Shown in pieces: positions 16,306 through 27,407 of a stretch of DNA of 64,000 bases. The DNA comes from Candidatus Hikarchaeum yamanae. Lineage in GTDB: Archaea; Halobacteriota; Halobacteria; Halobacteriales; Hikarchaeaceae. Position numbers and translations under genes: made by a program. How positions within the stretch are numbered: position 1 is the first letter of the stretch; every line of letters begins with the position of its first letter. Below the pieces are notes generated by a model. The model was not told the DNA's origin. It saw only the letters and a list, made by a program, of their open reading frames with translations, and did not search any database. Location of the stretch: the NCBI GenBank assembly GCA_009889635.1, contig WTZQ01000003.1, positions 72,417 through 136,416 of the forward strand, given 5' to 3'.

Positions 16306-17867
16306 TGAGTTCATTTGGAGTATCGTTTCAAGAATTTGAAGAGTTAGTTGAAAATCGTCCTTGTATTGCATATGCTTCTGCAGAGATCGTCATAAGTGCG
16401 ACACCCTTGGCAGCATATTCTACGATGATTGAGGAAGGTGGACAAGATTACTCCTTTTTACTAGAGAGTGGAGAAAAAGGTGCCCACAGTGCCTCGGTCC
16501 AAAATGAAAAATCAATTTCGGTAAAGGGACATGCACAATATTCATTTATAGGATATGACCCAGATGCAGTGATTACAGTGGGGTCAGAGGAGTCAGAAAT
16601 TCTTGTTTTGAAAGAGTCTACAATGGCAGATCAAATAGTAAAGGGCAAAGGGGACATATTAGATATATTGCAAGGGGCCATTCCAAAATACCCCTTATAT
16701 GGATTTCCCGATACAGATAGACAGCAGCTGTTAGGAGGGTTGATTGGGTTTTTATCATATGATTCTGTGTACAACCTATGGCTCGAAAAGGTGGGAATAC
16801 AGCATAGTGAAACAGATATCCCCGATGCACAATTTGTTGTGAATACAAAAACAATTATTTTTGATCATAATAGCGACAAAACGTTCGTTGCATTTACACC
16901 TTTAATAACTGAAGAAACCGACTTAAAAATCCTATATGATTCATTGTGTCAAGAGGCGGGCGAGATAGAAAAGAAACTGAGGGATGCAGAAGAACCAAGA
17001 ATGGGAAAAGTCACAATTTATGAAGAAAGGATAGGCAGTAGAAAGGAATATGAATCCTCAGTGGAACGGGTAATCGAATATGTGTTAAGCGGGGACATAT
17101 ACCAAGGAGTGTTATCTAGGAAGAGAGAGATACAGTGTAAAGTAGACCCCGTGGAACTTTATGCATCGCTAAAAAATGTGAATCCATCTCCGTATATGTA
17201 TCTTCTAAAATTTGGTAATTTTGCCATAGTAGGGGCTAGTCCAGAAACCCTAATTTCGATTAGAGATAGGCGTGTGATTTCAAATCCTATTGCAGGTACT
17301 TGTGCAAGGGGAAAAAATCTAAATGAGGATCTATTATTTTCTCAAAAAATGTTGTCAGACAAAAAGGAGTTGTCAGAACATACTATGCTTGTGGATTTGG
17401 CTCGGAATGATGTAAGAAGAGTTTGTTTGCCCGGCACGGTCGAAGTTGAGGAATTCATGAATGTGTTAAAATATAGTCATGTTCAGCATATAGAAAGCAC
17501 AGTCACGGGAGAACTGGATCTGGAATATACTTCATTTGATGCTACGCGTGCTACATTCCCTGCAGGGACGTTGTCTGGCGCCCCTAAAATAAGGGCAATG
17601 GAGATTATACATGAACTAGAATCCACACCAAGGGGTGTGTATGGAGGAGGTGTTGGGTACTATTCATGGGATGGTGATGCAGATTTTGCCATTGTAATTC
17701 GAACTGCAACTATTGAATTGGGGGAAGTGGATACAATAACCATACAGGCAGGGGCAGGAATTGTAGCAGACTCTATTCCAGAAAAGGAATATGAAGAAAC
17801 GGAGAAAAAAATGCATGCAGTTCTAGAATCGGTGTATCGGCTAGTGGAGGAGGATCAAGAAGAATAA
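16302..17867 (+). CDS. trpE: anthranilate synthase component I
   Basis: LLES, NPSPYM, GASPE, EHTMLVDLARND, FPAGTLSGAPK, YGGGVG. Confidence 0.95.
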   Translation: MMSSFGVSFQEFEELVENRPCIAYASAEIVISATPLAAYSTMIEEGGQDYSFLLESGEKGAHSASVQNEKSISVKGHAQYSFIGYDPDAVITVGSEESEILVLKESTMADQIVKGKGDILDILQGAIPKYPLYGFPDTDRQQLLGGLIGFLSYDSVYNLWLEKVGIQHSETDIPDAQFVVNTKTIIFDHNSDKTFVAFTPLITEETDLKILYDSLCQEAGEIEKKLRDAEEPRMGKVTIYEERIGSRKEYESSVERVIEYVLSGDIYQGVLSRKREIQCKVDPVELYASLKNVNPSPYMYLLKFGNFAIVGASPETLISIRDRRVISNPIAGTCARGKNLNEDLLFSQKMLSDKKELSEHTMLVDLARNDVRRVCLPGTVEVEEFMNVLKYSHVQHIESTVTGELDLEYTSFDATRATFPAGTLSGAPKIRAMEIIHELESTPRGVYGGGVGYYSWDGDADFAIVIRTATIELGEVDTITIQAGAGIVADSIPEKEYEETEKKMHAVLESVYRLVEEDQEE

Positions 17868-18448
17868 TGACGAAAACACTTTTCATTGATAATTTTGATT
17901 CGTTTACATATAATCTTGTAGATTACGTAAGTGCTCATTCAAAAACTGAAGTACTGCTCAACACTGCTTCAGTGGAAGAGATATATGAAATGGAACCGGA
18001 TGCGATAGTGATTAGTCCAGGACCAGGGCACCCAAAAAATCCAAGAGATGTGGGAGTAACTTTGGAGGTACTGAAAAGGGTAAGCCCCACGATTCCAACA
18101 TTCGGTGTTTGTCTAGGGCTGGAAGCTGCAGTTTATGCGTACGGTGGTAAAATTGGCCGGGCCCCATCTCCCATTCATGGGCAATCTTCGCAAATAAGCC
18201 ACGATGGAGAAGGTGTTTTTGAAGGTATAGATCAAAATTTTGAAGGTGCACGTTATCATTCTTTGGTTGCCACAGAAGTTCCAAAATGCTTCAAAGTTAC
18301 TGCGACCACAATGCAAGGGGAATCTGAAATTGTGATGGGAATTAGGCATGTTGACTTCCCGATAGAATGTGTGCAATTCCATCCAGAGAGCATACTCACA
18401 AAAGTGGGTAAGAAAATAATATTAAATTTCACCTCGAAGATTGTCTGA
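17867..18448 (+). CDS. trpG: anthranilate synthase component II (glutamine amidotransferase)
   Basis: IDNFDSFTYNL, SPGPG, GVCLG, RYHSL, QFHPES. Confidence 0.95.
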   Translation: MTKTLFIDNFDSFTYNLVDYVSAHSKTEVLLNTASVEEIYEMEPDAIVISPGPGHPKNPRDVGVTLEVLKRVSPTIPTFGVCLGLEAAVYAYGGKIGRAPSPIHGQSSQISHDGEGVFEGIDQNFEGARYHSLVATEVPKCFKVTATTMQGESEIVMGIRHVDFPIECVQFHPESILTKVGKKIILNFTSKIV

Positions 18449-18655
18449 CAAAAGTAAAATTAAAGGTGCACTTCTACTGGAAAAACGAATTGATTGGCTT
18501 AGGTAGGAATTATAAATTATTACTTTCACCATGCTCACAAGAGACTTATATTGCCAGAGTTACCTAAACTAAAACCTCTAATAAGTTGATCGAGGTAACA
18601 CGGTTCGCCGTGCAGAATAACTTATAGCGCTGCTAGCGCTGCATGTGGAGGAATT

Positions 18656-18715
18656 ATGAAAAAAACAGACTCAATGATTAAATTAAATGGCAGGGGTGGA
18701 ATGGGAAATGAGTGA
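18656..18715 (+). CDS. putative 19-aa uORF overlapping the nrdJ start
   Basis: GGAGG at 18647-18651; MKKTDSMIKLNGRGGMGNE*; stop overlaps nrdJ ATG 18708. Confidence 0.3.
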   Translation: MKKTDSMIKLNGRGGMGNE

Positions 18716-21700
18716 AACAAGGACTCGGACGGATAAAGATGCAATTGTACTTCCAGTGAAGCGTACCGATGGGGCGACTTTGGAAGAGCGCCTTACAAAG
18801 AATGCATATCAGAACATCCTCCCCGCGAGGTACCTGAGAAAGGATGCAAAAGGTGAGATCGTAGAACCTCCTGAGAAACTATTCAGGCGGATTGCAAACA
18901 ACATCGCCCTGGCGGAAGCAGTGTATGAGGCAGATAGACAAAATGTGAAAATAACAGTTACCCCAGATCAGATTAAGCCCGATCATCCACGGAGGGAAAA
19001 ATTAATTAAAGAAGTATTTGGAGAGGGGTCCACTGACAACGGTGAGATCATAGTTGCAGATAACATGAGCACGGAATTGACGGATCGGAATGTGAGTAAA
19101 TTCAGTTATGAAACAATTATACCATTGCTTCCAGAGGATGTTCGGAAACATGTAGAATCTATTGCAGATCAATTTTGTGAATTCATGGAAGATTTATCAT
19201 TCATACCAAATTCTCCGACTATAATGAATGCAGGGGATGAACTCCAACAACTTTCGGCTTGTTTTGTTGATTCCCCGAAAGATGACATAGTGGATATTCA
19301 TCACACAGCATTGGAAGCAGCCCAGGTTTTCCAGTCAGGGGGAGGGATGGGTTATGCGTTTTGGCGGATACGACCATATGGAGATACAGTGGGGTCCACA
19401 GGCGGAATTGCTTCAGGTCCAATAACATTTATGGAAACTTTCGATCAGATGTGTGAGACAATCGCACAGGGTGGGTCAAGAAGGGGTGCTCAAATGGCAA
19501 TTATGCGCATTTCCCACCCGGACGTGATTGAATTTATTCATGCTAAAAATAAAGATGTTTCACTCGCACATTCTCTCAAATTGAACGATCCGGACGACTA
19601 TACATACACGACATTTAACGAGGCACTAGCAGAAGCTAGGACTCTTCTTGATGAAGAAGGACGAGTTCCCAAGCATCTTAGGAATGCAGTGGAAGGTCAC
19701 TTATCTAATTTTAATGTTTCCGTTGGTGTGACTGATGAGTTCATGAAAGCATTGGAAGAAAACAGAGAATATACTTTGTTAAATCCACGAACGGGAGATC
19801 CCCACATTGCTACAAAATACACTTTAGAAATGTATGACAGATATGATTTGGGAGACTATGTGGAAGTTGGAAAACCGCTGTCAATCCCTGCATCGATTTT
19901 ATGGGAACGCATCGTAGATGGTGCATGGGAAAATGGTGAACCAGGAATAATATATCTTGACCGCGTGAACCAAGATCACTCGTTCCCCGTTGAATCGACT
20001 CCAACCGGAGATTCTTCTCCTTATGAGATTTTAGCAACAAATCCTTGTGGAGAGCAGCCGTTAATGGAATATGAAGCGTGCAATCTAGGCCATATCAATC
20101 TTTCTACACTTGCATCTTTGGATGCCCCTGATTGGAGGACGTGGTCGAATCAAAAAGGAAGATCAGATAGAGAACTCGGGGAGTTGATGTCGGATTTCAT
20201 CCACGTGGCGATGGACATTGAAGAATTCGATAGGCGGATTGAATTGGGCACTCGTTTTCTTGAAAACGTATGTACTATGTCAGATTTCCCAGTAGAACGG
20301 ATCGAAGAGACAGTTTACAACAATAGAAAGATAGGGTTGGGCATAATGGGTTTGGCTCAACTATATGTTCAGCTTGGTTTGAAATATGGATCACCTGAAG
20401 GAAATGAACTAGCTAGGCAAGTGATGATTTACATCAATCATGCGTCTAAATGGACTTCTCATGAATTGGCAGAGATAAGAGGTTCGTTTGAAAATTGGCC
20501 AGATTCTAAGTACGCAGACCCTGTGAAATATGCAGAATGGTTTACAAAGGAAACGGGATTGAACCCCGAAGAGTGGAAAGGAGGATTCCCAATACGGAAT
20601 CATAATACCACCACAATAGCACCTACTGGAACGACGAGTATGATTGCAAACACCACAGGAGGGTGTGAACCAATATACAGTGTGGCATATTATAAAAATG
20701 TGTCAGACGATGTTCAAGGGGATGAGATGTTAGTTGAGTTTGATGATTATTTTTTAAGAACAATAGAAGCTAATGGGATTGATGTGGATGTGGTGAAAGA
20801 GGAGGCACTATCCCAGATGCAAAATAATGAATTCAAAGGAATTGGTGGATTGACAACGGTCCCAGATGCAATTGGAGAATTGTTTGTAGTATCTTCTGAA
20901 GTTTCAGCCATAGAACATGCAAGCGTCCAATGTGCATGTCAAGAAGGTGTGGACTCGGCTATTTCTAAAACTTGCAATTTTCCAAATGACGCAACGGCAG
21001 AAGAGATGGATGAAGTGTATCGCTATATTTACCGAAATGGGGGGAAGGGTGTAACAGTATACAGGGATGGGTCTAGAACTAAACAAGTTCTCACAACTCG
21101 CGCGCAAAATGCGGAATTTATAGAATCGGGAGAAGGTGGATCTGCAGATCATCTGTTAGAGTATATCAATACTCACTTTGACAGTTTGTCAGAATTTTTG
21201 AATCATGAAACGATTCGTGCTAAAATTACAGAGGAATGGAAACACCATGGAGAAGATCTCAGTATATGGGATGTTCCAGCACTTGCTTATGGCAAATCTC
21301 GAAAAAGACCACGCCCAGGTGTCCTGTATGGACTTACACAAAGGATAGACACCGGGTATGGAAAATTATATGTAAATATAAATGAGGATGAACAAGGGCG
21401 ACCATTTGAATTGTTTGCAAATATCGGAAATTCGGGAGGATTTACGGCTAGTTTTACAGAAGCGTTGGCAAAGATAGTTTCTACTGCATTGAGATCCGGG
21501 GTTGATCCCCGAGAAATTGCAGGTGAGTTGAAAGGGATCCGATCACCTAAAATTGCGTGGGATCGAGGAGGTCAAATACAATCGATACCGGATGCGATAG
21601 GCACCGCTATGAAACGATACTTAGATGGTGAAATTCACAAAGAGTATCCTCAACAAAAGAACTTATCTGAAATTAGCAAGGGGGAAGCTAATCAAGAAGC

Positions 21701-21851
21701 TGTGAAGAAAGTTGCACCATTGGTAGTGGATGTAACTCAATCGTTAATCGATGCAGGAGAAAGTCCAGAATGCCCTTCGTGTGGATCTTTGACATTGAAT
21801 TTCTCAGAGGGTTGCAAGACGTGTGAATCGTGCGGATGGTCTGAGTGTTAG
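18708..21851 (+). CDS. nrdJ: adenosylcobalamin-dependent (class II) ribonucleotide reductase
   Basis: PNSPT, LSACFV, TNPCGEQPL...ACNLG, TIAPTGT, AISKTCN, C-terminal TSCPD-like domain and CPSC...C..CGWSEC zinc ribbon; exact start uncertain (18687 or 18708). Confidence 0.95.
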   Translation: MSETRTRTDKDAIVLPVKRTDGATLEERLTKNAYQNILPARYLRKDAKGEIVEPPEKLFRRIANNIALAEAVYEADRQNVKITVTPDQIKPDHPRREKLIKEVFGEGSTDNGEIIVADNMSTELTDRNVSKFSYETIIPLLPEDVRKHVESIADQFCEFMEDLSFIPNSPTIMNAGDELQQLSACFVDSPKDDIVDIHHTALEAAQVFQSGGGMGYAFWRIRPYGDTVGSTGGIASGPITFMETFDQMCETIAQGGSRRGAQMAIMRISHPDVIEFIHAKNKDVSLAHSLKLNDPDDYTYTTFNEALAEARTLLDEEGRVPKHLRNAVEGHLSNFNVSVGVTDEFMKALEENREYTLLNPRTGDPHIATKYTLEMYDRYDLGDYVEVGKPLSIPASILWERIVDGAWENGEPGIIYLDRVNQDHSFPVESTPTGDSSPYEILATNPCGEQPLMEYEACNLGHINLSTLASLDAPDWRTWSNQKGRSDRELGELMSDFIHVAMDIEEFDRRIELGTRFLENVCTMSDFPVERIEETVYNNRKIGLGIMGLAQLYVQLGLKYGSPEGNELARQVMIYINHASKWTSHELAEIRGSFENWPDSKYADPVKYAEWFTKETGLNPEEWKGGFPIRNHNTTTIAPTGTTSMIANTTGGCEPIYSVAYYKNVSDDVQGDEMLVEFDDYFLRTIEANGIDVDVVKEEALSQMQNNEFKGIGGLTTVPDAIGELFVVSSEVSAIEHASVQCACQEGVDSAISKTCNFPNDATAEEMDEVYRYIYRNGGKGVTVYRDGSRTKQVLTTRAQNAEFIESGEGGSADHLLEYINTHFDSLSEFLNHETIRAKITEEWKHHGEDLSIWDVPALAYGKSRKRPRPGVLYGLTQRIDTGYGKLYVNINEDEQGRPFELFANIGNSGGFTASFTEALAKIVSTALRSGVDPREIAGELKGIRSPKIAWDRGGQIQSIPDAIGTAMKRYLDGEIHKEYPQQKNLSEISKGEANQEAVKKVAPLVVDVTQSLIDAGESPECPSCGSLTLNFSEGCKTCESCGWSEC

Positions 21852-21858
21852 GATCTGG

Positions 21859-22395
21859 ATGCCACAAGAGAAAATAGGAAAGGGAATGGAAGACTTAGAG
21901 AAATTCGCAGAACTAATGCAACGTGGAGCGCGGGTGGGAATTACGTTGTCCATTTTATATACATTAGTTCGGGCAATAACTGAACAGGGGATTGATTGGT
22001 TAGTTGCAGATATCGTGGTGGTGTTTGCATTCTCACTGATCTGTCTCATGATGTTTTTAGGGGCATGTTCGGGTCATGCGCTGGATATGTTTGAAAATCC
22101 ACCACAAACAACTAAGCAGATGTTAAAATCACTGGACATACCTCCAAAAAGTAGTAAAGGGTGGTGGTTTTTGATAGGTGCAGTTGTGACCATTGTGATG
22201 GTGACTGTGGTAGCTCTGTACTTCCTTGACAGATATTACTGGATGGGTTATCAATGGCAGATAGCACCATTGGCAGGTTTTGCGGTCGTAGTACTAGAGA
22301 TGATACTCATAGCCACTGGAGGCAGTAATGCGGAATTTGTACTAAAAACTATCCGTGCATCAGGGGCAGTTGGCAGAGGTAATAGACACAGGTAG
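21859..22395 (+). CDS. hypothetical membrane protein (about 4 TM)
   Basis: Four hydrophobic segments; start uncertain (21859 or 21886). Confidence 0.6.
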   Translation: MPQEKIGKGMEDLEKFAELMQRGARVGITLSILYTLVRAITEQGIDWLVADIVVVFAFSLICLMMFLGACSGHALDMFENPPQTTKQMLKSLDIPPKSSKGWWFLIGAVVTIVMVTVVALYFLDRYYWMGYQWQIAPLAGFAVVVLEMILIATGGSNAEFVLKTIRASGAVGRGNRHR

Positions 22396-22459
22396 AAAGA
22401 AGTTTAGAGAAAAAATAGGTACAATAACTTTTTAGTAAACAAAGGGATTAGCTGGTGGT

Positions 22460-24130
22460 ATGCATGGCTCGAAACTATTAGTTTCAGTATTAGAGGACAC
22501 CGGTGTAGATTGTGCATTTGGATTGGCAGGATCTACCAATCTAGGTATTCTCGATGAGATCGCAAAGAGCAAGATTAAATTTTACACTACTCGGCATGAA
22601 CAGGTCGCCACAGGAATGGCAACCGGGTATGCGCTTGCTACAAGGAAACCAACTGCTGCAGTGGTACATGTAGGCCCAGGGGCTGCTAACATGATTTTGG
22701 GGATAGCCTCAGCATATAGAGAGAATGTCCCAGTGGTTGCTATAACGGGTAACGAACCTAGCTATAACCTTGGAAGAAATGTAAAGCACGAATGGGATGT
22801 ACTCCAAGTTTTTGAACGTATTACTAAATACAACGTCCGGATGGGAAGGGAAAATACACATGACCAGATTCGAGACGCAGTAACACAATCGGTAACGGGA
22901 ATCCCCGGACCAGTGCACATAGATGTACCTCATAATTTGGAAAATGAAACATTTCCAGATCTTGATGAAAACTTGAGGAAAAAAACGAGATCGCATGAAT
23001 ATATAGCATCGATGAATAGGTGCCGTCCAAGTCCGGAAAAATTGGATCAGGTTATTGAGCTGCTTTCCAAATCAAAACGTCCTTTAATAATTGCAGGTAG
23101 TGAAACCAGGTGGTTTGATTCTTCTAATGAATTAAAAATGCTTGCAGAGAAAATGCAAATCCCAGTTGCAAATACACACAATGCACGAGGGGCACTATCA
23201 GAAGAGCATCCATTATCAATTGGTCTAGTTGGTTGGATCGGGCTTAAACCAACAAATGGCTACCTTGAAAATTCGGATCTCATTATAGCGATAGGTGCCA
23301 GTTTATCAGACTATACTACTTCAGATTGGAAGAGGATTAATCCGGATGCATCTATCGTACACATTACTATGCGGCCGAGAGAACTAAATCGGCAATATGT
23401 GGCCGATGTCAACGTGATGGCAGATTCTACATCCGCAATAGTAGATTTAAATGGCAAACTTTCAATAAGTAAGAAAGATATTTCATTTAAAAATATTTCT
23501 TCAGTGGCAAGGAAGGAATATCAAGATGCACGAGAATCTATTTTTAATGTTAAAGAGACCCGTGGCGAGAATGGTGTTGATCCGGCACCGATACTCCACT
23601 TGCTAGATGGTTTTGCAGGAGATTATTCATTTGTGACAGGAGGAGGAATACATGCTAAATTTGCGCGGCATTTGCCAGTGACTAGCATCAATGGGCATTT
23701 TGGAACTCTTAATTTTTCGGGCATGAGTCAAGGTTTGCCGCTGGCTATGGGGGCTCAAATAGCCCTTGATGAGCAAGTATTCGTGTTTGAAGGAGATGGG
23801 GGATTCGCGATGGTTATGCAAGATCTAGAAACTGCAGTTAGAGAATCAATACCCGTGAAAATAATAATTTTCAATAATGATGCATATATGTCCCAAACCG
23901 TGAGGCAGCATCGGGCGTATGAGGGCAGAACTACAGGTTCTGTGTTCAAAAATCCAGACTTTGCAGCTTTTGCGAGAGATCTAGGTATGTTTGGGGAGTC
24001 AATTGAAGACAGTTCTCAGATTAAAGACACGATTGAGCGTTTTGTGGAGGTAAAGGGACCTGCACTAATTGATGCCCATGTTGATCCCTGGATTGGAACT
24101 GAGTTTCTTAATGCAGAATTAAATAAATAA
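22460..24130 (+). CDS. thiamine-diphosphate enzyme, acetolactate synthase-like superfamily
   Basis: TRHEQ, GPGAAN, GPVHIDVP, GDGGF...FNN ThDP motif, NPDFAA. Confidence 0.88.
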   Translation: MHGSKLLVSVLEDTGVDCAFGLAGSTNLGILDEIAKSKIKFYTTRHEQVATGMATGYALATRKPTAAVVHVGPGAANMILGIASAYRENVPVVAITGNEPSYNLGRNVKHEWDVLQVFERITKYNVRMGRENTHDQIRDAVTQSVTGIPGPVHIDVPHNLENETFPDLDENLRKKTRSHEYIASMNRCRPSPEKLDQVIELLSKSKRPLIIAGSETRWFDSSNELKMLAEKMQIPVANTHNARGALSEEHPLSIGLVGWIGLKPTNGYLENSDLIIAIGASLSDYTTSDWKRINPDASIVHITMRPRELNRQYVADVNVMADSTSAIVDLNGKLSISKKDISFKNISSVARKEYQDARESIFNVKETRGENGVDPAPILHLLDGFAGDYSFVTGGGIHAKFARHLPVTSINGHFGTLNFSGMSQGLPLAMGAQIALDEQVFVFEGDGGFAMVMQDLETAVRESIPVKIIIFNNDAYMSQTVRQHRAYEGRTTGSVFKNPDFAAFARDLGMFGESIEDSSQIKDTIERFVEVKGPALIDAHVDPWIGTEFLNAELNK

Positions 24131-24192
24131 AATATATAGTGGATTGGTATCGGTATGATAATAATCATTGGAAAGCTAAATAGAAGTACATA

Positions 24193-25050
24193 ATGCAGCC
24201 ATTCAGACTATTTCTTCCAGAATCTTTTGAAGAAGCAATTCAATTAATGAAAGAACATGGTGCAAAACCGATATCGGGGGGTACTGCAGTTACAACTTTA
24301 ATTAAAGAAAAGATATTCCAACCAACGACGATGGTGAATCTTAGAAAATTGGAGAAGGATCACGCCTATATTATAGAGGAAAATGGACAAATTAAAATTG
24401 GTGCGTTGACCACATTGCGGGATATAGAAACAAGTGAAATTGTGAAAAGAAATCATCCTGTTGTTTCAAATTGTCTTTCAAAAATTGCGAGTATTAGGAT
24501 CAGAAATGTTGCCACAATAGGTGGAAATTTGGCCCATGCAGATCCGGATCTGGATCTCCCCCCAGTTTTAGCAGGATTAGATGCCCACATAGACATAATA
24601 GGAGAAGATGGAGAACGTTCCATGGACATCAAAGAGTTCATACAAGGGTATTATGAAACCGATTTAAAAGAAGGAGAATTAATAAAATCGATTAAAATAC
24701 CGATCATGCCAGATAGAAAGGGAATTTATTTGAAACACCGTGCGTTGTCAGAGGCAGATTGGCCGTGTGTAGGCGTCGCTGCGTTTGTTGATGAAGCCCC
24801 GGGTTCAGTTCCCGTGGTATTCATAAATTCGGTTGCAGACACACCCATAATGAAAGTTGAAGGGATACAAGAAATATTCTCAGAGGGAATAACTACAGAG
24901 GCGATCGACAAAGTAGGAGAACTTGCGGCAGACCAATGTGAACCAATAGGAGATGCGCGAGGATCGGTGTGGTATAAGAGGAAAATGGCAGGGGAATTTA
25001 CGATACGTGCCCTGAGAGAAATTACCGGAGTTGGGGAGTCACTAATATAA
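24193..25050 (+). CDS. molybdenum hydroxylase FAD-binding subunit (CoxM/XdhB-like)
   Basis: PISGGT, IGALTT, IRNVATIGGNLAHADP, DARGSVWYKR. Confidence 0.9.
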   Translation: MQPFRLFLPESFEEAIQLMKEHGAKPISGGTAVTTLIKEKIFQPTTMVNLRKLEKDHAYIIEENGQIKIGALTTLRDIETSEIVKRNHPVVSNCLSKIASIRIRNVATIGGNLAHADPDLDLPPVLAGLDAHIDIIGEDGERSMDIKEFIQGYYETDLKEGELIKSIKIPIMPDRKGIYLKHRALSEADWPCVGVAAFVDEAPGSVPVVFINSVADTPIMKVEGIQEIFSEGITTEAIDKVGELAADQCEPIGDARGSVWYKRKMAGEFTIRALREITGVGESLI

Positions 25051-25064
25051 CTGGATAAGAATCA

Positions 25065-27407
25065 ATGTCAACGCAAATACCCATAATAGAACAGGATGGA
25101 AAGGCCAAGAAAACAGGAACCATAGGAAAGCATGTACTTCGGTTAGATGGTGAGAGCAAAGTCACAGGATCCGTGGCATATACAGATGACCTCCCTTTTG
25201 AAGGATATTATGCAGAAGTCGTCAGGAGCAATATTGCCCATGGAGAAATAATTTCTATCTCTACAGAAGCTGCAGAAGCCATACCAGGAGTCGTTGCAGT
25301 TGTTACAGGGAATGATCTTGAAAATGCAGATTGGATCTCTCCTTATGTGGGGCCGGCATTTAGAGACCAGCCTGTTTTGGCTATTGGAAAGGTCCGGTAC
25401 GTGGGAGAACCAGTTGCGGCAGTTATTGCAGAACGTCCAGACATAGCATCGTTGGCAGCTACCGAAGTGGTTGTAGAATGTGATAAGCTGAGAAGTGTAA
25501 CTGACGTGAATAAAGCTAGAAAGAAAACCGCTCCATTGTTGCATGAGAGTGGCGAATCTGCTGCGGTTTTTGAAGATCTATCTACAGTTCATCGTAGTGA
25601 AGAGCCCAATGTTGCATACACTTATGAACTAGATGTGGGAGACGTAGAGAAAGGATTTGAAGAAGCCGACATAGTCCTTGAAGGAAAATATGCCACACCA
25701 ATGGTTCAGCACACACATCTTGAACCGTTTGTGACAATTGCTAGTTATAATGCATCAGATAATTCTTTTAAGATAATAACAGGAAATCAAACCCCGCATT
25801 TTGTCCGTAGAGAAGTTGCCCGCATATTTGACATCCCTTCTTCAAAAGTCGAAGTTGAAGTTCCACAGATGGGGGGTGCATTTGGTTCGAGGACATATGT
25901 CAGAATAGAACCATTGGCTGCGGCATTATCTAGATCGGTAGAAGCACCAGTAAAACTCCGTCAAACATCTAGTGAATCATTCGATACTTCGGTCAGAGAT
26001 GGGACCCAAACAAGAGTTAAGACGGGGGTGACGGTTGATGGAAATATTGTAGCTCAAGAAGTGGAGGTCATATGGGATAGCGGGGCATATGCCGATATCA
26101 GTCCCAGAAAAGTGAAGAAGGCAGGGTATACCGCCCCAGGGGCATACGATATTCCCAATGTCAAAGTCATATCAAAATCGACGTATACCAATAAACCACC
26201 TGGTGTGGCATATAGAGGATTTGGAGTGGCGCAGACCGCCTGGGCTGTGGAATCACATTTCGACGATGTTGCAAAGGAGATGGGAATGGATCCAGTAGAA
26301 TTAAGAATCAAAAATATCACCCAAGATGGGGGAACATATAATGGCGTTCCCATAGAACCTCATGGTGCCCCCCAATGTCTCCAAGCCGTAATTGATGAAG
26401 TGGACTGGTTCGGAAAGGACTTGGAACAAGAAGAATCAAGGGGGAACCATATTAAGAAAGGAAGAGGGGTTGCAGTTACTTTGAAGGCCACAATAACGCC
26501 TTCGACGTCGGAAGCCATCTTGCTATTAGATTGTGATGGTAGTGTAAATGTGATTACAGGGGGAACAGAAGTTGGCCAAGGTATAATTACAACTTTGGCC
26601 CAGATAACTGCAGATGGGTTGGGAATAGGAGTAGAATATGTTAATGTGAATACACCAAATACCAACAGCGCCCCATTCAATACCTCTACAACAAGTAGCA
26701 GATCTACATTCCACTTGGGAAATGCCATATTGAGGGCGGTTGATGAATTAAAAGATCAATTAATTGACATAGTGGTGCAAAAACAAGGTGTAGAAAGAAA
26801 AGAGGTGATAGTTGAAGGGGGCCTAGTTAAGAGTCCTTCAGGAGAAGAATCGATAGGGGCAGTAGTTTCCTCTTATTTCGTGGGAGGAGGGGGAACGCTC
26901 ATAGGGAAAGGGTATTTCTCTACTGAAGCGAGTAGTGGTGACCGATATGCATCTGCATTTTGGATGACAGGGGCCACATATGCAGAAGTATCAGTAGATA
27001 CAAGAACGGGAAAATATACAATCGATAAATGGGTTAATTCGGCGGACTGTGGCAAGGCAATAGACCCTATTAGATGTGAAGGTCAAATTTTAGGGGCTGC
27101 AGTTCAAGCGTTGGGTCACACGATGAGTGAAGAGATGGTATTTGAATCGGGACAACAAGTAAATAAGTCACTATTGGACTACAAAGTTCCTGCAATCGGA
27201 GATGTGCCCAAAGAATCAAAGATAATTGTAGTAGAGTCAGGAGATCCAAATGGGCCCCATGGTGCAAAAGGGGTGGGAGAATCAAATACAGTTACAGTAC
27301 CTCCTGCAATAGGAAATGCGATTAAAGATGCTTGTGGTGCTAGAGTTACTGAACTACCGATAACTCCGGGGAAAGTTTTGAAGGCAATAGAGGAGGTATC
27401 AGAATGA
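25065..27407 (+). CDS. xanthine dehydrogenase family molybdopterin-binding subunit
   Basis: KVTG...YTDD, GGAFG, AYRGFG, EVGQG, AKGVGE; lacks CODH form I/II signatures. Confidence 0.92.
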   Translation: MSTQIPIIEQDGKAKKTGTIGKHVLRLDGESKVTGSVAYTDDLPFEGYYAEVVRSNIAHGEIISISTEAAEAIPGVVAVVTGNDLENADWISPYVGPAFRDQPVLAIGKVRYVGEPVAAVIAERPDIASLAATEVVVECDKLRSVTDVNKARKKTAPLLHESGESAAVFEDLSTVHRSEEPNVAYTYELDVGDVEKGFEEADIVLEGKYATPMVQHTHLEPFVTIASYNASDNSFKIITGNQTPHFVRREVARIFDIPSSKVEVEVPQMGGAFGSRTYVRIEPLAAALSRSVEAPVKLRQTSSESFDTSVRDGTQTRVKTGVTVDGNIVAQEVEVIWDSGAYADISPRKVKKAGYTAPGAYDIPNVKVISKSTYTNKPPGVAYRGFGVAQTAWAVESHFDDVAKEMGMDPVELRIKNITQDGGTYNGVPIEPHGAPQCLQAVIDEVDWFGKDLEQEESRGNHIKKGRGVAVTLKATITPSTSEAILLLDCDGSVNVITGGTEVGQGIITTLAQITADGLGIGVEYVNVNTPNTNSAPFNTSTTSSRSTFHLGNAILRAVDELKDQLIDIVVQKQGVERKEVIVEGGLVKSPSGEESIGAVVSSYFVGGGGTLIGKGYFSTEASSGDRYASAFWMTGATYAEVSVDTRTGKYTIDKWVNSADCGKAIDPIRCEGQILGAAVQALGHTMSEEMVFESGQQVNKSLLDYKVPAIGDVPKESKIIVVESGDPNGPHGAKGVGESNTVTVPPAIGNAIKDACGARVTELPITPGKVLKAIEEVSE

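Noticed and set aside
18708-21851. Intein in nrdJ
   Set aside because: Length and motif spacing are normal; no C...HN splice junctions or LAGLIDADG block seen.
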